A stretch of DNA of 64,000 bases from Acidimicrobiia bacterium (GTDB lineage: Bacteria; Actinomycetota; Acidimicrobiia; Spongiisociales; UBA5794), in contig QJWC01000081.1 in the NCBI GenBank assembly GCA_003235475.1, positions 9,343 to 73,342 on the forward strand, in the 5' to 3' direction. The position numbers and the translations under genes are program-made. Below are positions 1-8,990 of this stretch, piece by piece. Positions within the stretch are counted from its first letter, which is position 1, and the number at the start of each line of letters is the position of its first letter. The notes beneath the pieces were generated by a model. It was not told the DNA's origin, did not search any database, and saw nothing but the letters and a program-made list of their open reading frames with translations.

Positions 1-2
1 GG

Positions 3-470
3 ATCCTCTACACGATCCCTTCGCTCGCGTTGTTCACGTTCCTCGTGCCTGTCTTCGGCCTCAGCCTCCTGACTGCGGAGATCGCGCTGGTGTCGTACAC
101 GCTCCTCATCCTGATCAGGAACATCGTGTCCGGCATCGACGGCGTGCCAGACGACGTGCTCGAGGCGAGTTCCGGAATGGGGATGACGGCCCGCCAGCAG
201 CTGCTGCGCGTGCAGGTTCCCCTGGCCCTGCCCGCCATCATTGCCGGGATCCGAATCGCGGCGGTGACGACCATCGGACTCGTCACCGTCACCGTCCTCA
301 TCGGACAGGGCGGCTACGGCGTGTTCATCCTGCGAGGTATCCGGCGCCAGTTCCTGACCGAGGCGTTGGTGGGCACGCTGCTCTCGGTGGCGCTCGCGGT
401 CGTCGTCGACCTCCTTCTCGTCGGAGTGGGACGGCTTGCGATGCCTTGGGCACGGAGGGCTGGCACGTGA
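3..470 (+). CDS. Osmoprotectant (glycine betaine/choline) ABC transporter permease, 5' partial
   Basis: ILYTIPSLALF and EASSGMGMT...VQVPLALPAIIAGIR EAA loop; frame is open at the window edge. Confidence 0.85.
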   Translation: MLYTIPSLALFTFLVPVFGLSLLTAEIALVSYTLLILIRNIVSGIDGVPDDVLEASSGMGMTARQQLLRVQVPLALPAIIAGIRIAAVTTIGLVTVTVLIGQGGYGVFILRGIRRQFLTEALVGTLLSVALAVVVDLLLVGVGRLAMPWARRAGT

Positions 471-1210
471 TCCAGTTTCTCGGTGACGTGTTGGGTTATC
501 TCCTCGATCCGTCGAACTGGACGGGTGCCAGAGGGCTCTTCTCACGCATCTGGGAGCACACGTCGATATCCGGCTTGGGCGTGATCCTCGCGGGCCTGCT
601 CTCACTCCCCCCAGCGGTTCTCCTCGCCCACCGTCGACGGGGCGAGTTCCTTGCTGTCTCCGCCGTGAATCTCGGTCGGGCGCTCCCCTCGTTCGGCGTC
701 GTTGGCGTCATGTTCCCCATAACCCTCTCGATCGCGGCGCTGACCTCCCCCCTTGGGTATTGGGCAACCCTCATCGCCCTCGTGTTGCTGGCAATGCCAC
801 CGATGTTCGTCAACGCCTTCACTGCCGTCCGCGACGTCGACGATTCCCTCATCGAAGCGGCTCGTGGCATGGGAATGTCGGAGTCCCGTGTGCTCCTCGG
901 TGTCGAGATACCGCTCGGTCTGCCCCTCATCATGGCTGGGGTGCGTACCGCCGCGGTCGGCGTCGTGGCGACCGCGACACTGGGGGCCGTCGTCGGGTAC
1001 GGCGGCCTCGGTCGCTACATCATCGACGGGTTCGCCCAAGGGAATGACGTGCTGATCTTCGTCGGAGGCCTCCTCGTCGCCCTGCTCGCCTTAGCGACCG
1101 AGGTGGGTTTCGGATGGCTCGAGAAGAAGGTCGACCCTTTGCGGTCGCGCCGCATCAGACCACCGCGGATACCCACGCTCCGTGATACAGGAATACGCAC
1201 CCACCCGTAA
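467..1210 (+). CDS. Osmoprotectant ABC transporter permease
   Basis: GTG overlaps upstream TGA, GGAGG RBS at 454-458; EAARGMGM...VEIPLGLPLIMAGVR; GGLGRYI. Confidence 0.85.
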   Translation: MIQFLGDVLGYLLDPSNWTGARGLFSRIWEHTSISGLGVILAGLLSLPPAVLLAHRRRGEFLAVSAVNLGRALPSFGVVGVMFPITLSIAALTSPLGYWATLIALVLLAMPPMFVNAFTAVRDVDDSLIEAARGMGMSESRVLLGVEIPLGLPLIMAGVRTAAVGVVATATLGAVVGYGGLGRYIIDGFAQGNDVLIFVGGLLVALLALATEVGFGWLEKKVDPLRSRRIRPPRIPTLRDTGIRTHP

Positions 1211-1257
1211 TGTTCGGTACTCCGCGGGGCCTTGACCCCGCACGAAGGGAGTTACCC

Positions 1258-2166
1258 ATGCGGAACCACCGCAGAGGTGCCATCGGGGCGATGCTGCTCG
1301 CCGTCGCGATCGTCGCGACAGCCTGCTCATCGGGTGGTGACACCGAAGGTCCGGAAGTCATCATCGGAGCGCAAGACTTCGGTGAGAGCGCGATATTGGC
1401 CGAGATCTACAAGGGGGCGCTGGAAAGCGCTGGCTTCTCCGTCCGAGTGCAGGCAGTCGGCGGATTCAGGGACCTCGAACTCGGTGCCTTTTCCTCCGGC
1501 GACATCAACATGGCTCCGGAGTATGCCGCGTCCATGCTCGAGTTTCTCACCAGCTTCTCGGGGAAGGCGACGAGCGACAAGGTCGAGACCACATCCTTCC
1601 TGAACGACGCGTTGGAGTCGCTCGACCTCGAGGCACTCGCTCCGTCCGATGCCTTGGACACGAACGCCTTCGTGATGACCGCTGAACGTTCGGCCGAACT
1701 GGGTATCACGCGGCTGTCCGACCTCGCAGACCACGAAGCCGGCCTCGTCCTGGGCGGCCCTCCGGACTGCGAAACGAACCCGTTCTGCATCCCAGGCCTC
1801 TCGAACGTGTACGGGGTTGACCTTGCCCGCACGTTCCAGCCGCTCGATGCGGGACTGATCACCGTTCAGGCTCTTGAAGCCGACCAGATCGACATCGCCG
1901 TGCTCTTCTCGACGAGTGGCGTGATTGCAGCGAAGAACTTCGTTCTACTCGAAGATGATCGGACGATGCTTGCGGCCGACAACATCGTTCCCGTGATCAC
2001 GACCTTGTTGAGGCAGAAGTATGGAGCGGCTCTTACTGACCTGCTCGATTCGGTGAGTGCCAAGCTCACGACGGCCGATCTCACCGCAATGAACAAGCGC
2101 TACGACATCGACAACGAGGACGCAGACGCGATCGCGGCCGATTGGCTTGCAGACAACGGCTTCTAG
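1258..2166 (+). CDS. Glycine betaine/choline ABC transporter substrate-binding lipoprotein
   Basis: Lipobox IVATAC; GAQDFGESAILAEIY, PEY, LEDD motifs of OpuAC/OsmF-like proteins; GAAGGGAG RBS. Confidence 0.85.
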   Translation: MRNHRRGAIGAMLLAVAIVATACSSGGDTEGPEVIIGAQDFGESAILAEIYKGALESAGFSVRVQAVGGFRDLELGAFSSGDINMAPEYAASMLEFLTSFSGKATSDKVETTSFLNDALESLDLEALAPSDALDTNAFVMTAERSAELGITRLSDLADHEAGLVLGGPPDCETNPFCIPGLSNVYGVDLARTFQPLDAGLITVQALEADQIDIAVLFSTSGVIAAKNFVLLEDDRTMLAADNIVPVITTLLRQKYGAALTDLLDSVSAKLTTADLTAMNKRYDIDNEDADAIAADWLADNGF

Positions 2167-3365
2167 CGCTCCTCGACGAAGCGCACGAAACGACGTTTAC
2201 CCACCTGAACAGTGCGGCCGACGAGATCTGATCGATGGACGGTTTCGCCCGACACGCGGTCCTCGTCGATGCGGACTGCGCCTTGGGCGATCAACCGGCG
2301 TGCCTCGCTGTTGGAGGATGCCAGGCCCGCGTCCACGATTGCCGACGGCAGCCAGATCTCGTCGTCGTCAGACAGGGTCACCTCGGGGATGTCCTCAGGC
2401 GCGGCCTTTTCCCTGAAGAGCCTGTCGAAGGCCGATTCTGCTTGGAGTCCAGCCCCATCTCCCCAGTAGCGGTCAACGATCCGGCGGGCCACATCACGCT
2501 TCGCGTCGCCCGGGTGCACCGTGCCATCGGACAGTCCCCGTGTCACGGCCTCGACCTCATCGGGCGTTCCCCCGCTGGCGAGGCGGAGCCACTGCGGGAT
2601 CAACTCGTCGGGAATCGACATCGTCTTTCCGAACATCTCGTCTGCATCGTCACGCACCGAGATGTAGTTGCCGAGCGATTGGGACATCTTCGCCGACCCG
2701 TCCGTGCCGACGAGCAGCGGAACCGTGGCCACGGACTGGGGTGTCTGTCCCGCGCGTTCCTGGAGGATGCGACCCATCAGCAGGTTGAGGAGCTGGTCGT
2801 TGCCCCCGATCTCGACGTCCGCGTTGATCGCAACCGAGTCCGTGGCCTGGAGGAGCGGGTACATGAACTCGATCAGGGAGATGGGCTCCTCGTTCTGCCA
2901 CCGCGTTGCGAAGTCCTCGCGGTCCATGAGCTTGGCAACGGTCACCTGTGCGGTCATCTCGAGAACATCGGCCATGTCCATGGTGCCGAGCCACTCGCTG
3001 TTGCGTCGGATCTCGAGACGCTCCTCGAGGAGCAGGGACGTGATCGTGGGCAGGCACGCATCGACGTAACCGTTGACTTCGTCGTCCGAGAGGCGCTTGC
3101 GGGTGGCGATCTTCCCCGACGGATCACCGACCTGCGCGGTGAAATCGCCGAGGATGAGCACGGCGGTGTGGCCCATTTCCTGGAAACGGCGCAACAGATC
3201 GAAGACGACCGCCCAGCCCAGCGTCACATCCGGTGCGGTCGGGTCGACGCCGAGCTTCACCCGCAGTGGCGTACCCCGCCCGAGCTGCTCGAGCAGGGCT
3301 CCCTCGGGGAGGGTCACGTCGACGGTGCGAGTGATGTAGGCGAACTGTTCGGCGGGGGTCTTCAT
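2163..3365 (-). CDS. tyrS: Tyrosine--tRNA ligase with atypical signature motifs
   Basis: LRVKLGVDPTAPD, GDFTAQVGDPSG, YPLLQATD, GGNDQ, C-terminal S4 domain (SNSEARRLIAQGAV...QVGKRRF). Confidence 0.93.
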   Translation of the reverse strand: MKTPAEQFAYITRTVDVTLPEGALLEQLGRGTPLRVKLGVDPTAPDVTLGWAVVFDLLRRFQEMGHTAVLILGDFTAQVGDPSGKIATRKRLSDDEVNGYVDACLPTITSLLLEERLEIRRNSEWLGTMDMADVLEMTAQVTVAKLMDREDFATRWQNEEPISLIEFMYPLLQATDSVAINADVEIGGNDQLLNLLMGRILQERAGQTPQSVATVPLLVGTDGSAKMSQSLGNYISVRDDADEMFGKTMSIPDELIPQWLRLASGGTPDEVEAVTRGLSDGTVHPGDAKRDVARRIVDRYWGDGAGLQAESAFDRLFREKAAPEDIPEVTLSDDDEIWLPSAIVDAGLASSNSEARRLIAQGAVRIDEDRVSGETVHRSDLVGRTVQVGKRRFVRFVEER

Positions 3366-3451
3366 GCGGGCGAGGGTAGGCGACCGTGTCACGGGAAGTG
3401 AGTCGCCGTGACGAGTCGCAGGCTTGGGTGCCGGCTGATATGGTCTCGGCC

Positions 3452-4258
3452 ATGAGCGACACACCGCATGGGGAAGGCTGGTGGCTCGCATCGGACGGAA
3501 AGTGGTATCCGCCTGAAAGTCGCCCAGCACCACCTCCCCCGCCACAAGCACCCATGCCACCGAGCGCGGAATCCGGGATAACCACGTACGCGGCATCCTC
3601 GATGCCGCCGATCGGTCTGAGCCGTAGATGGGTTCCCTCTGGATTGACCGGGACGCTCTTTGGATTCCTCATCGGCGCGTCCGCGCTCGCCGGGCTCTCC
3701 GGTGTCCTCTATATGGGCGTATACGGGAGCTGGAGTGACTGGGATTCGGGCGGACCCACGACCGCGGCCGAAGTCCTGGAAGTCTGGGAGTCAGCTGACG
3801 CCGTGTTCGCCCTGTACGGACTCGCGTTCCTCGTGTCGACCGTCCTCATGCTGGTCTGGTCCAACTACGCCTACAAGGCTGCCGACTCACGTGGCGCCAC
3901 GATGAGACGATGGTCTTCCGGATGGACCGTCGGAGGATGGTTCATCCCATTTGCCAACGTCGTGATACCGAAGCTCGTGATGAACGAGATCGACCGCATG
4001 TCATCGGACGCGCTGGTCGAGCCGATCGGCGACAGGTGGCGGGACATGCGACGGTCTCAGGTCTCCGACTGGTGGTGGGGTCTGTACGTGCCGGGGTCCA
4101 TCGTTCTGGGCGTCACCTCCCGTTTCGTGGATGACGAGGCAGGTGGGTGGCTCGCAGCTACTGCCGTGGGATTGTGGTTGATCACAGCGTCGGGGATCCT
4201 GCTCGCCATCTTCGTCCGCAAATTGGGCCGACGTCTTCAACAACCGCGGACCTTCTAG
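3452..4258 (+). CDS. DUF4328-like membrane protein with N-terminal GWW..DGKWY motif and Pro-rich linker
   Basis: GWTVGGWFIPFANVVIPK and WWWG motifs, about 4 TM segments. Confidence 0.65.
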   Translation: MSDTPHGEGWWLASDGKWYPPESRPAPPPPPQAPMPPSAESGITTYAASSMPPIGLSRRWVPSGLTGTLFGFLIGASALAGLSGVLYMGVYGSWSDWDSGGPTTAAEVLEVWESADAVFALYGLAFLVSTVLMLVWSNYAYKAADSRGATMRRWSSGWTVGGWFIPFANVVIPKLVMNEIDRMSSDALVEPIGDRWRDMRRSQVSDWWWGLYVPGSIVLGVTSRFVDDEAGGWLAATAVGLWLITASGILLAIFVRKLGRRLQQPRTF

Positions 4259-4277
4259 GCGCCTCGGGGACGCTGTT

Positions 4278-4865
4278 CTACGCGGTTCCCTTCCGATCCG
4301 AAATGTCGTTGGCTGTGATGTCCTCAGCCGCCATGAATCGCCACAAACGATCGGTGGCAGCCGAGATCCCGACCCTCGGCGTCGCGACGACGCTTGCTGG
4401 TGGCGCACCGGGCAGAAGGATGATGCGTTCGCCGTCGATCGAAGTCCCGGAATGCGTCGTTGATAGGCCCATCGCCTTCGCGAGGTTTCCCGGCCCGCGG
4501 GTGAGATTCGCTTCGCGACCCCGCCGCTTCACCATCGCGTCGACACCTTCTAGGGGAATGCCACCTCGCAGGAGGACGGCTTGCGCCGTTCCCACAGGGC
4601 CCGTCACGATGTTCACGCAGCTATGGATCCCGTACGAGAGGTACACGTACAGGGTCCCCGCCTCTCTGAACATCGGCTCGGTACGTGCTGTCATGCCACG
4701 GTATGCGTGGGAGGCAGGATCGTCTTCGCCCATGTACGCCTCCACCTCCGTCAACCGCACGGAGGCAGTGGTTCCATCCAGGGTGGTGCTGAAGGTCCAG
4801 CCGAGGAGGTCTGGCGCAACCTCGAGGGCCGTGCGACCGAGGAAGATCCTGAGTTCAGAGTCCAT
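4278..4865 (-). CDS. mpg: 3-methyladenine DNA glycosylase (AAG/MPG family)
   Basis: TEVEAY...DPASHAY, YVYLSYGIH, AVLLRG, GPGNL, TPRVGI. Confidence 0.92.
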   Translation of the reverse strand: MDSELRIFLGRTALEVAPDLLGWTFSTTLDGTTASVRLTEVEAYMGEDDPASHAYRGMTARTEPMFREAGTLYVYLSYGIHSCVNIVTGPVGTAQAVLLRGGIPLEGVDAMVKRRGREANLTRGPGNLAKAMGLSTTHSGTSIDGERIILLPGAPPASVVATPRVGISAATDRLWRFMAAEDITANDISDRKGTA

Positions 4866-4987
4866 GGGACGGAGCATGGCACGCATCAGGTACAACGGTT
4901 TCCCTGCAGGCGTCATGGGTTGCAACGCCGATGCGACCGCGTGTACCGTCGCCGGCGGCGCGTCCGAGCGCGGCGAAGGGAGCTTCC

Positions 4988-5428
4988 GTGAGTGAACAGG
5001 CCAGGGACATCGTCCGCAGCATCGTCACAGAGAACACGTACCTGACCATCTCGACCACCGACGGCGAACAGCCGTGGTGCGCGCCGGTCCAGTACGTCGC
5101 CGACGAGGATCTGAATCTGTACTTCGTGTCGTTGCCCGGCAGCCGCCACATGACGCACATTGCGTCGAACCCCCATGTCGCGGTGACCATCTTCGACTCA
5201 CAGCAGCCACCCTTCACGAGTCGCGGTGTCCAGATCGAGGCGATGGCCGAGGCATACTCCGAGACGGACAACCCTTTCGCCCGCATCGGCGGATTCGACT
5301 GGCCGGAGAACCTTCAGGAGCTCGTCCCGGGGTATGTGGCCGTTCGTGTGACGCCCGTCCGGTTCTACCTACCGAGGTACATCGTGGACGGTGTGCAGCG
5401 CGACGAACGCGTCGAGGTTCCGCTCTAG
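4988..5428 (+). CDS. Pyridoxamine 5'-phosphate oxidase-like flavin-binding protein
   Basis: PWCAPVQY, LYFVS..SRH..NP.V, GVQI; GTG after GAAGGGAG. Confidence 0.75.
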   Translation: MSEQARDIVRSIVTENTYLTISTTDGEQPWCAPVQYVADEDLNLYFVSLPGSRHMTHIASNPHVAVTIFDSQQPPFTSRGVQIEAMAEAYSETDNPFARIGGFDWPENLQELVPGYVAVRVTPVRFYLPRYIVDGVQRDERVEVPL

Positions 5429-5503
5429 CAACTGACCGGCTCCCGCGGCCGCCTGGATGAAAGCCGCAGCGAAGCGCGCACGACCGCGTGACCTCGACCC
5501 CGC

Positions 5504-6535
5504 CTACGTGTATGTGTACACGCCCGGTTTGATGTCGACGATCTCGCCGGCACGGAAGATTCGCGCGTAATGCTCCTCCGACATCTCCAAGTCGACGTAC
5601 CCAAGGGTCTCGTTCAACTGTTGCGCAGAACTCGCGCCGACGATCGGAATCGAGGTGACACCGTCCATCTTGCTCACCCACTTGATCGCGACCTGTGCGG
5701 GCGTGCCCCCGACCTCTTCTGCCACATCCTGGACGGCGTCGAGCACGTTCCACCAACGTTCGGGGAAATCTCCAAACTTCGTGGAGCGCGCGCCTCGTGA
5801 TCCCTGCGGCTTCACCGTCCTTCCATCCGCGTCCCTGGAGTATTTGCCTGTGAGAAAGCCCTCGGCGAGGGGTGAGTACGAGCACACCGCAATCCCCAGC
5901 CGACGACAAGCGTCGAAGAGCCCAGGGAGTGCCATCTCGGACGGGTCCACGGTGAATGGGACATGATCCACAGCGTTGAACCGTGGCTGCACGACAGAGA
6001 TCGGTGCCCAACCGCGCGAACGGCACATCTCGTTGGCCAGCACGAGCTGCCAGTCGGCAAAATTGCTCACCCCGATGTAGTGGACCGCGCCGCGGCGGAC
6101 CAGATCGTTCAATGCCGAGAGTGTCTCTTCGAGTGATGCAGATTCGAGCCAGCCGTGGATGTAGTAGATGTCGAGGTAATCAGTGCCCAGGCGTTCGAGC
6201 GTGCCAGCGATCTCGGCCATGACGATCTTCCTCGAAAGCCCGATCCGCTGTCGGCCGCGCATGGCGTAGAACACCTTGCTGGCGATGACGAAGTCCTCTC
6301 GATCCTTGCCGGCGAGCCACCCACCGAGGTACTGCTCACTACGGCCCCGCCCGTAGCCGTTGGCGGTGTCGAAGAAGTTGACGCCCCGCTCCCAGGCAGT
6401 ATCCAGGATCCGCGACGCCTCATCCTTGCTGACGACCTCACCGCCAGCGTCGTTCTCAGACCCGAACATCCACGTGCCGAGACAAGCCTCGGAGACTTCC
6501 ATACCCGTCGAACCGAGCCGGATGTGATCGACCAT
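5504..6535 (-). CDS. Aldo/keto reductase
   Basis: CLGTWMFG, FFDTANGY, IASK, LGTDYLDIYYIH, IGVSN, YSPLAEGFLTGKY. Confidence 0.92.
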   Translation of the reverse strand: MVDHIRLGSTGMEVSEACLGTWMFGSENDAGGEVVSKDEASRILDTAWERGVNFFDTANGYGRGRSEQYLGGWLAGKDREDFVIASKVFYAMRGRQRIGLSRKIVMAEIAGTLERLGTDYLDIYYIHGWLESASLEETLSALNDLVRRGAVHYIGVSNFADWQLVLANEMCRSRGWAPISVVQPRFNAVDHVPFTVDPSEMALPGLFDACRRLGIAVCSYSPLAEGFLTGKYSRDADGRTVKPQGSRGARSTKFGDFPERWWNVLDAVQDVAEEVGGTPAQVAIKWVSKMDGVTSIPIVGASSAQQLNETLGYVDLEMSEEHYARIFRAGEIVDIKPGVYTYT

Positions 6536-6590
6536 TGCTCACCTCGCTAGGGGATGCCAGCGACGCGAGTATGGCACAGGCACCACGGCG

Positions 6591-8990
6591 CTAGACGTCG
6601 CCCCGGACCATGGCGCCAGTGACGGTCTGGACCGTTGCAGCGATGCGTTTTCGGATCGGCGCGGCTTCCTCATCCGTGAGCGTCTTGTCCGGCGATCGCA
6701 GCACGAAGGAGATCGCGATCGACTTCTGACCTTCCCCGATCGAGGAACCTTCGAAGACATCGAAGACCCGATATGTCTCGAGCATGTCGCCGGCGCCCTC
6801 CACAGCCGCAGCGATCACCTCACCCGCCGGCACTCTCGCCTCCATCGCGAACGCGAGATCGAAGACGACTGGTGGAAACACGCTTGGAGGGTCGAACTGC
6901 CAGGCCCCTCGGTCGGTGAGGAGAGCGTCGAGGTCGAACTCGGCTGCGGCGACCCGGCCCGAAAGGCCGAACGCCGAGGCCACCGACGGACGGAGCTCGC
7001 CGATCGCCCCGATCGCGACATCACCGATCATCACCTCTCCGCTTCGGCCCGGGTGAAAGGATTCGATCGCTGCAGGCCGGATCGACGCATCCCGAATCCC
7101 GAACTTGTCGGCGATCATCTCCCAGACTCCGACCGCGTCGAACACGTCGGGTTGCCGCGATTCTTCGATCCACGTATCGAGGGGCTGACCGGCCATCGCG
7201 AACGCGATACGGTCGGGTTGTTCGGGGAGTTTGCCGGCCCCTTTCAGAAAGACACGACCGATCTCGAAAAGGTGTGCACTCGGGATCCGGCGCGCGAGGT
7301 TCGCCCCTGCAGACTTGAGGACACCCGGCAGCAACGTTGTGCGCATCACTCCCTCAGACTCGTTCAACGGATTGACCACGCGTATTCCGTCGCGCACGAC
7401 ATGACCTTCGCCGTAGGCGAGTTTGTCGAGATCGGACTCGCCAATGAACGAGAATGTCAGTACCTCTGAGAACCCAGCGCCGGTCATGACGTCCCTCAGG
7501 AGGCGGAGTTTGCGATCCCTGACAGGGAGACCGAGGCCCGGGCCCTGGGGAACCCGATCCGGCACCTTGTCGAAACCGTGCAAACGCGCGATCTCCTCGA
7601 CGAGATCCACAGGTCGTCGTACATCCGAACGGCGCGTGGGAACCGTCACCTCGAGCGGGTCCCCGCCCTCGACTCCGAACCCGAGGCGTGAGAGAAGCTC
7701 CGTGGTTGTGCCGGCGTCGACTTCTATCCCGAGGATGCGCGCCGTCTCGGAAGTCGCGTAGCGGATGGTCCACGGTTCGATGCCACCAGGGTCGACGTCT
7801 ACGGCGTTGGGGGCCGCCGTTCCCCCTGCTATCTCCTCGAGAAGTTGTGCGACGCGGTCGGCGCCGAGGTGGCAGAACATCGGGTCCGCACCACGCTCGA
7901 ATCGGGCGGAGGCTTCCGATCGGAGCCCGAGGCGCTTGGAAGTTGCGAGCACGCTCGGCGGATCCCAGTAGGCGGCCTCGATGAAGACCGTGGATGTGTC
8001 ATCGGAAACCTCCGTGGCGGCGCCACCCATCACCCCGCCTATCGCTACCGGAGAAGCGCCGTCCGTCACGACGATGTCGGTCGACGTCAGCACACGCTCC
8101 TGGTCGTCAAGTGTGACGATCCGCTCCCCTTCCGTGGCGAGGCGCGTCACGATGCGATTGCCGAGGCGATCGACATCGAAGGCGTGTGTGGGGTGCCCGA
8201 ACTCGATCATCGCGTAGTTGGATGCGTCGACGACGTTGGAGATGGGCCGCACGCCTGCCTGCTCCAAGCGCCACCGAATCCAATGGGGCGAGGGCCCGAC
8301 AATGATTCCGCTGACCTCACGGCCCGCGAACCTCGGATTGAGATCAGGAACCTCGATCGACACCGAGATATCTGATAGCTCGCCCTCCCCCTTGACCGAG
8401 ATGCCGTGATCGCGCAGCGGAACGTCGAAGTAGGCCGCGAGATCGCGAGCGAGGCCGTAGACGGAGAGGCAGTCCGGGCGGTTCGGTGTCACGTTGACCT
8501 CGAACCAAACATCCGGCAATCCGATGACGTCAGCGAACGACGCTCCTATGTTCGCCAACGAGTCCGGGTAGTCCTCGTTCAGCACCATGATGCCGTCGGC
8601 TTCCGTCCCCAGACCGAGCTCGATCTCCGAACAGATCATGCCGTTCGACGTCACGCCCCTGATCGATCGCCGGGTGATCTCGAAGTCGTCTCCCAACACA
8701 GCACCCGGCACGGCAACCGGGACGACCGCTCCAGCCTCGAAGTTCCAGGCACCGCAGATGATCTCCAGCTCTTCCGACCCGACATCGACTCGTGTCAGCC
8801 GAATCTTGTCCGCGTTGGGATGTGGCATGACTTCGAGCACACGCCCCACGACGATCCCCGTGAACGCTGGATCAACGACGTGGTGATCCTCGACCTCGTG
8901 GCCAAGGCTCTCGAACACCTCCACGAGCGCGGACGGATCACGAGTGGGGAGGGAGACGAACTCTTCCAGCCAGGACAGTGTCAGCTTCAT
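6591..8990 (-). CDS. pheT: Phenylalanine--tRNA ligase beta subunit
   Basis: MKLTLSWLEEF, HPNADK, TPNRPDCLS, SEASARFERG, DLVEEIAR; ATG overlaps pheS stop. Confidence 0.97.
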   Translation of the reverse strand: MKLTLSWLEEFVSLPTRDPSALVEVFESLGHEVEDHHVVDPAFTGIVVGRVLEVMPHPNADKIRLTRVDVGSEELEIICGAWNFEAGAVVPVAVPGAVLGDDFEITRRSIRGVTSNGMICSEIELGLGTEADGIMVLNEDYPDSLANIGASFADVIGLPDVWFEVNVTPNRPDCLSVYGLARDLAAYFDVPLRDHGISVKGEGELSDISVSIEVPDLNPRFAGREVSGIIVGPSPHWIRWRLEQAGVRPISNVVDASNYAMIEFGHPTHAFDVDRLGNRIVTRLATEGERIVTLDDQERVLTSTDIVVTDGASPVAIGGVMGGAATEVSDDTSTVFIEAAYWDPPSVLATSKRLGLRSEASARFERGADPMFCHLGADRVAQLLEEIAGGTAAPNAVDVDPGGIEPWTIRYATSETARILGIEVDAGTTTELLSRLGFGVEGGDPLEVTVPTRRSDVRRPVDLVEEIARLHGFDKVPDRVPQGPGLGLPVRDRKLRLLRDVMTGAGFSEVLTFSFIGESDLDKLAYGEGHVVRDGIRVVNPLNESEGVMRTTLLPGVLKSAGANLARRIPSAHLFEIGRVFLKGAGKLPEQPDRIAFAMAGQPLDTWIEESRQPDVFDAVGVWEMIADKFGIRDASIRPAAIESFHPGRSGEVMIGDVAIGAIGELRPSVASAFGLSGRVAAAEFDLDALLTDRGAWQFDPPSVFPPVVFDLAFAMEARVPAGEVIAAAVEGAGDMLETYRVFDVFEGSSIGEGQKSIAISFVLRSPDKTLTDEEAAPIRKRIAATVQTVTGAMVRGDV

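Noticed and set aside
3388..3412. GTCACGG-N11-CCGTGAC inverted repeat between tyrS and the divergent gene
   Set aside because: 7-bp GC-rich arms can occur by chance; no regulator nearby and no second copy noticed
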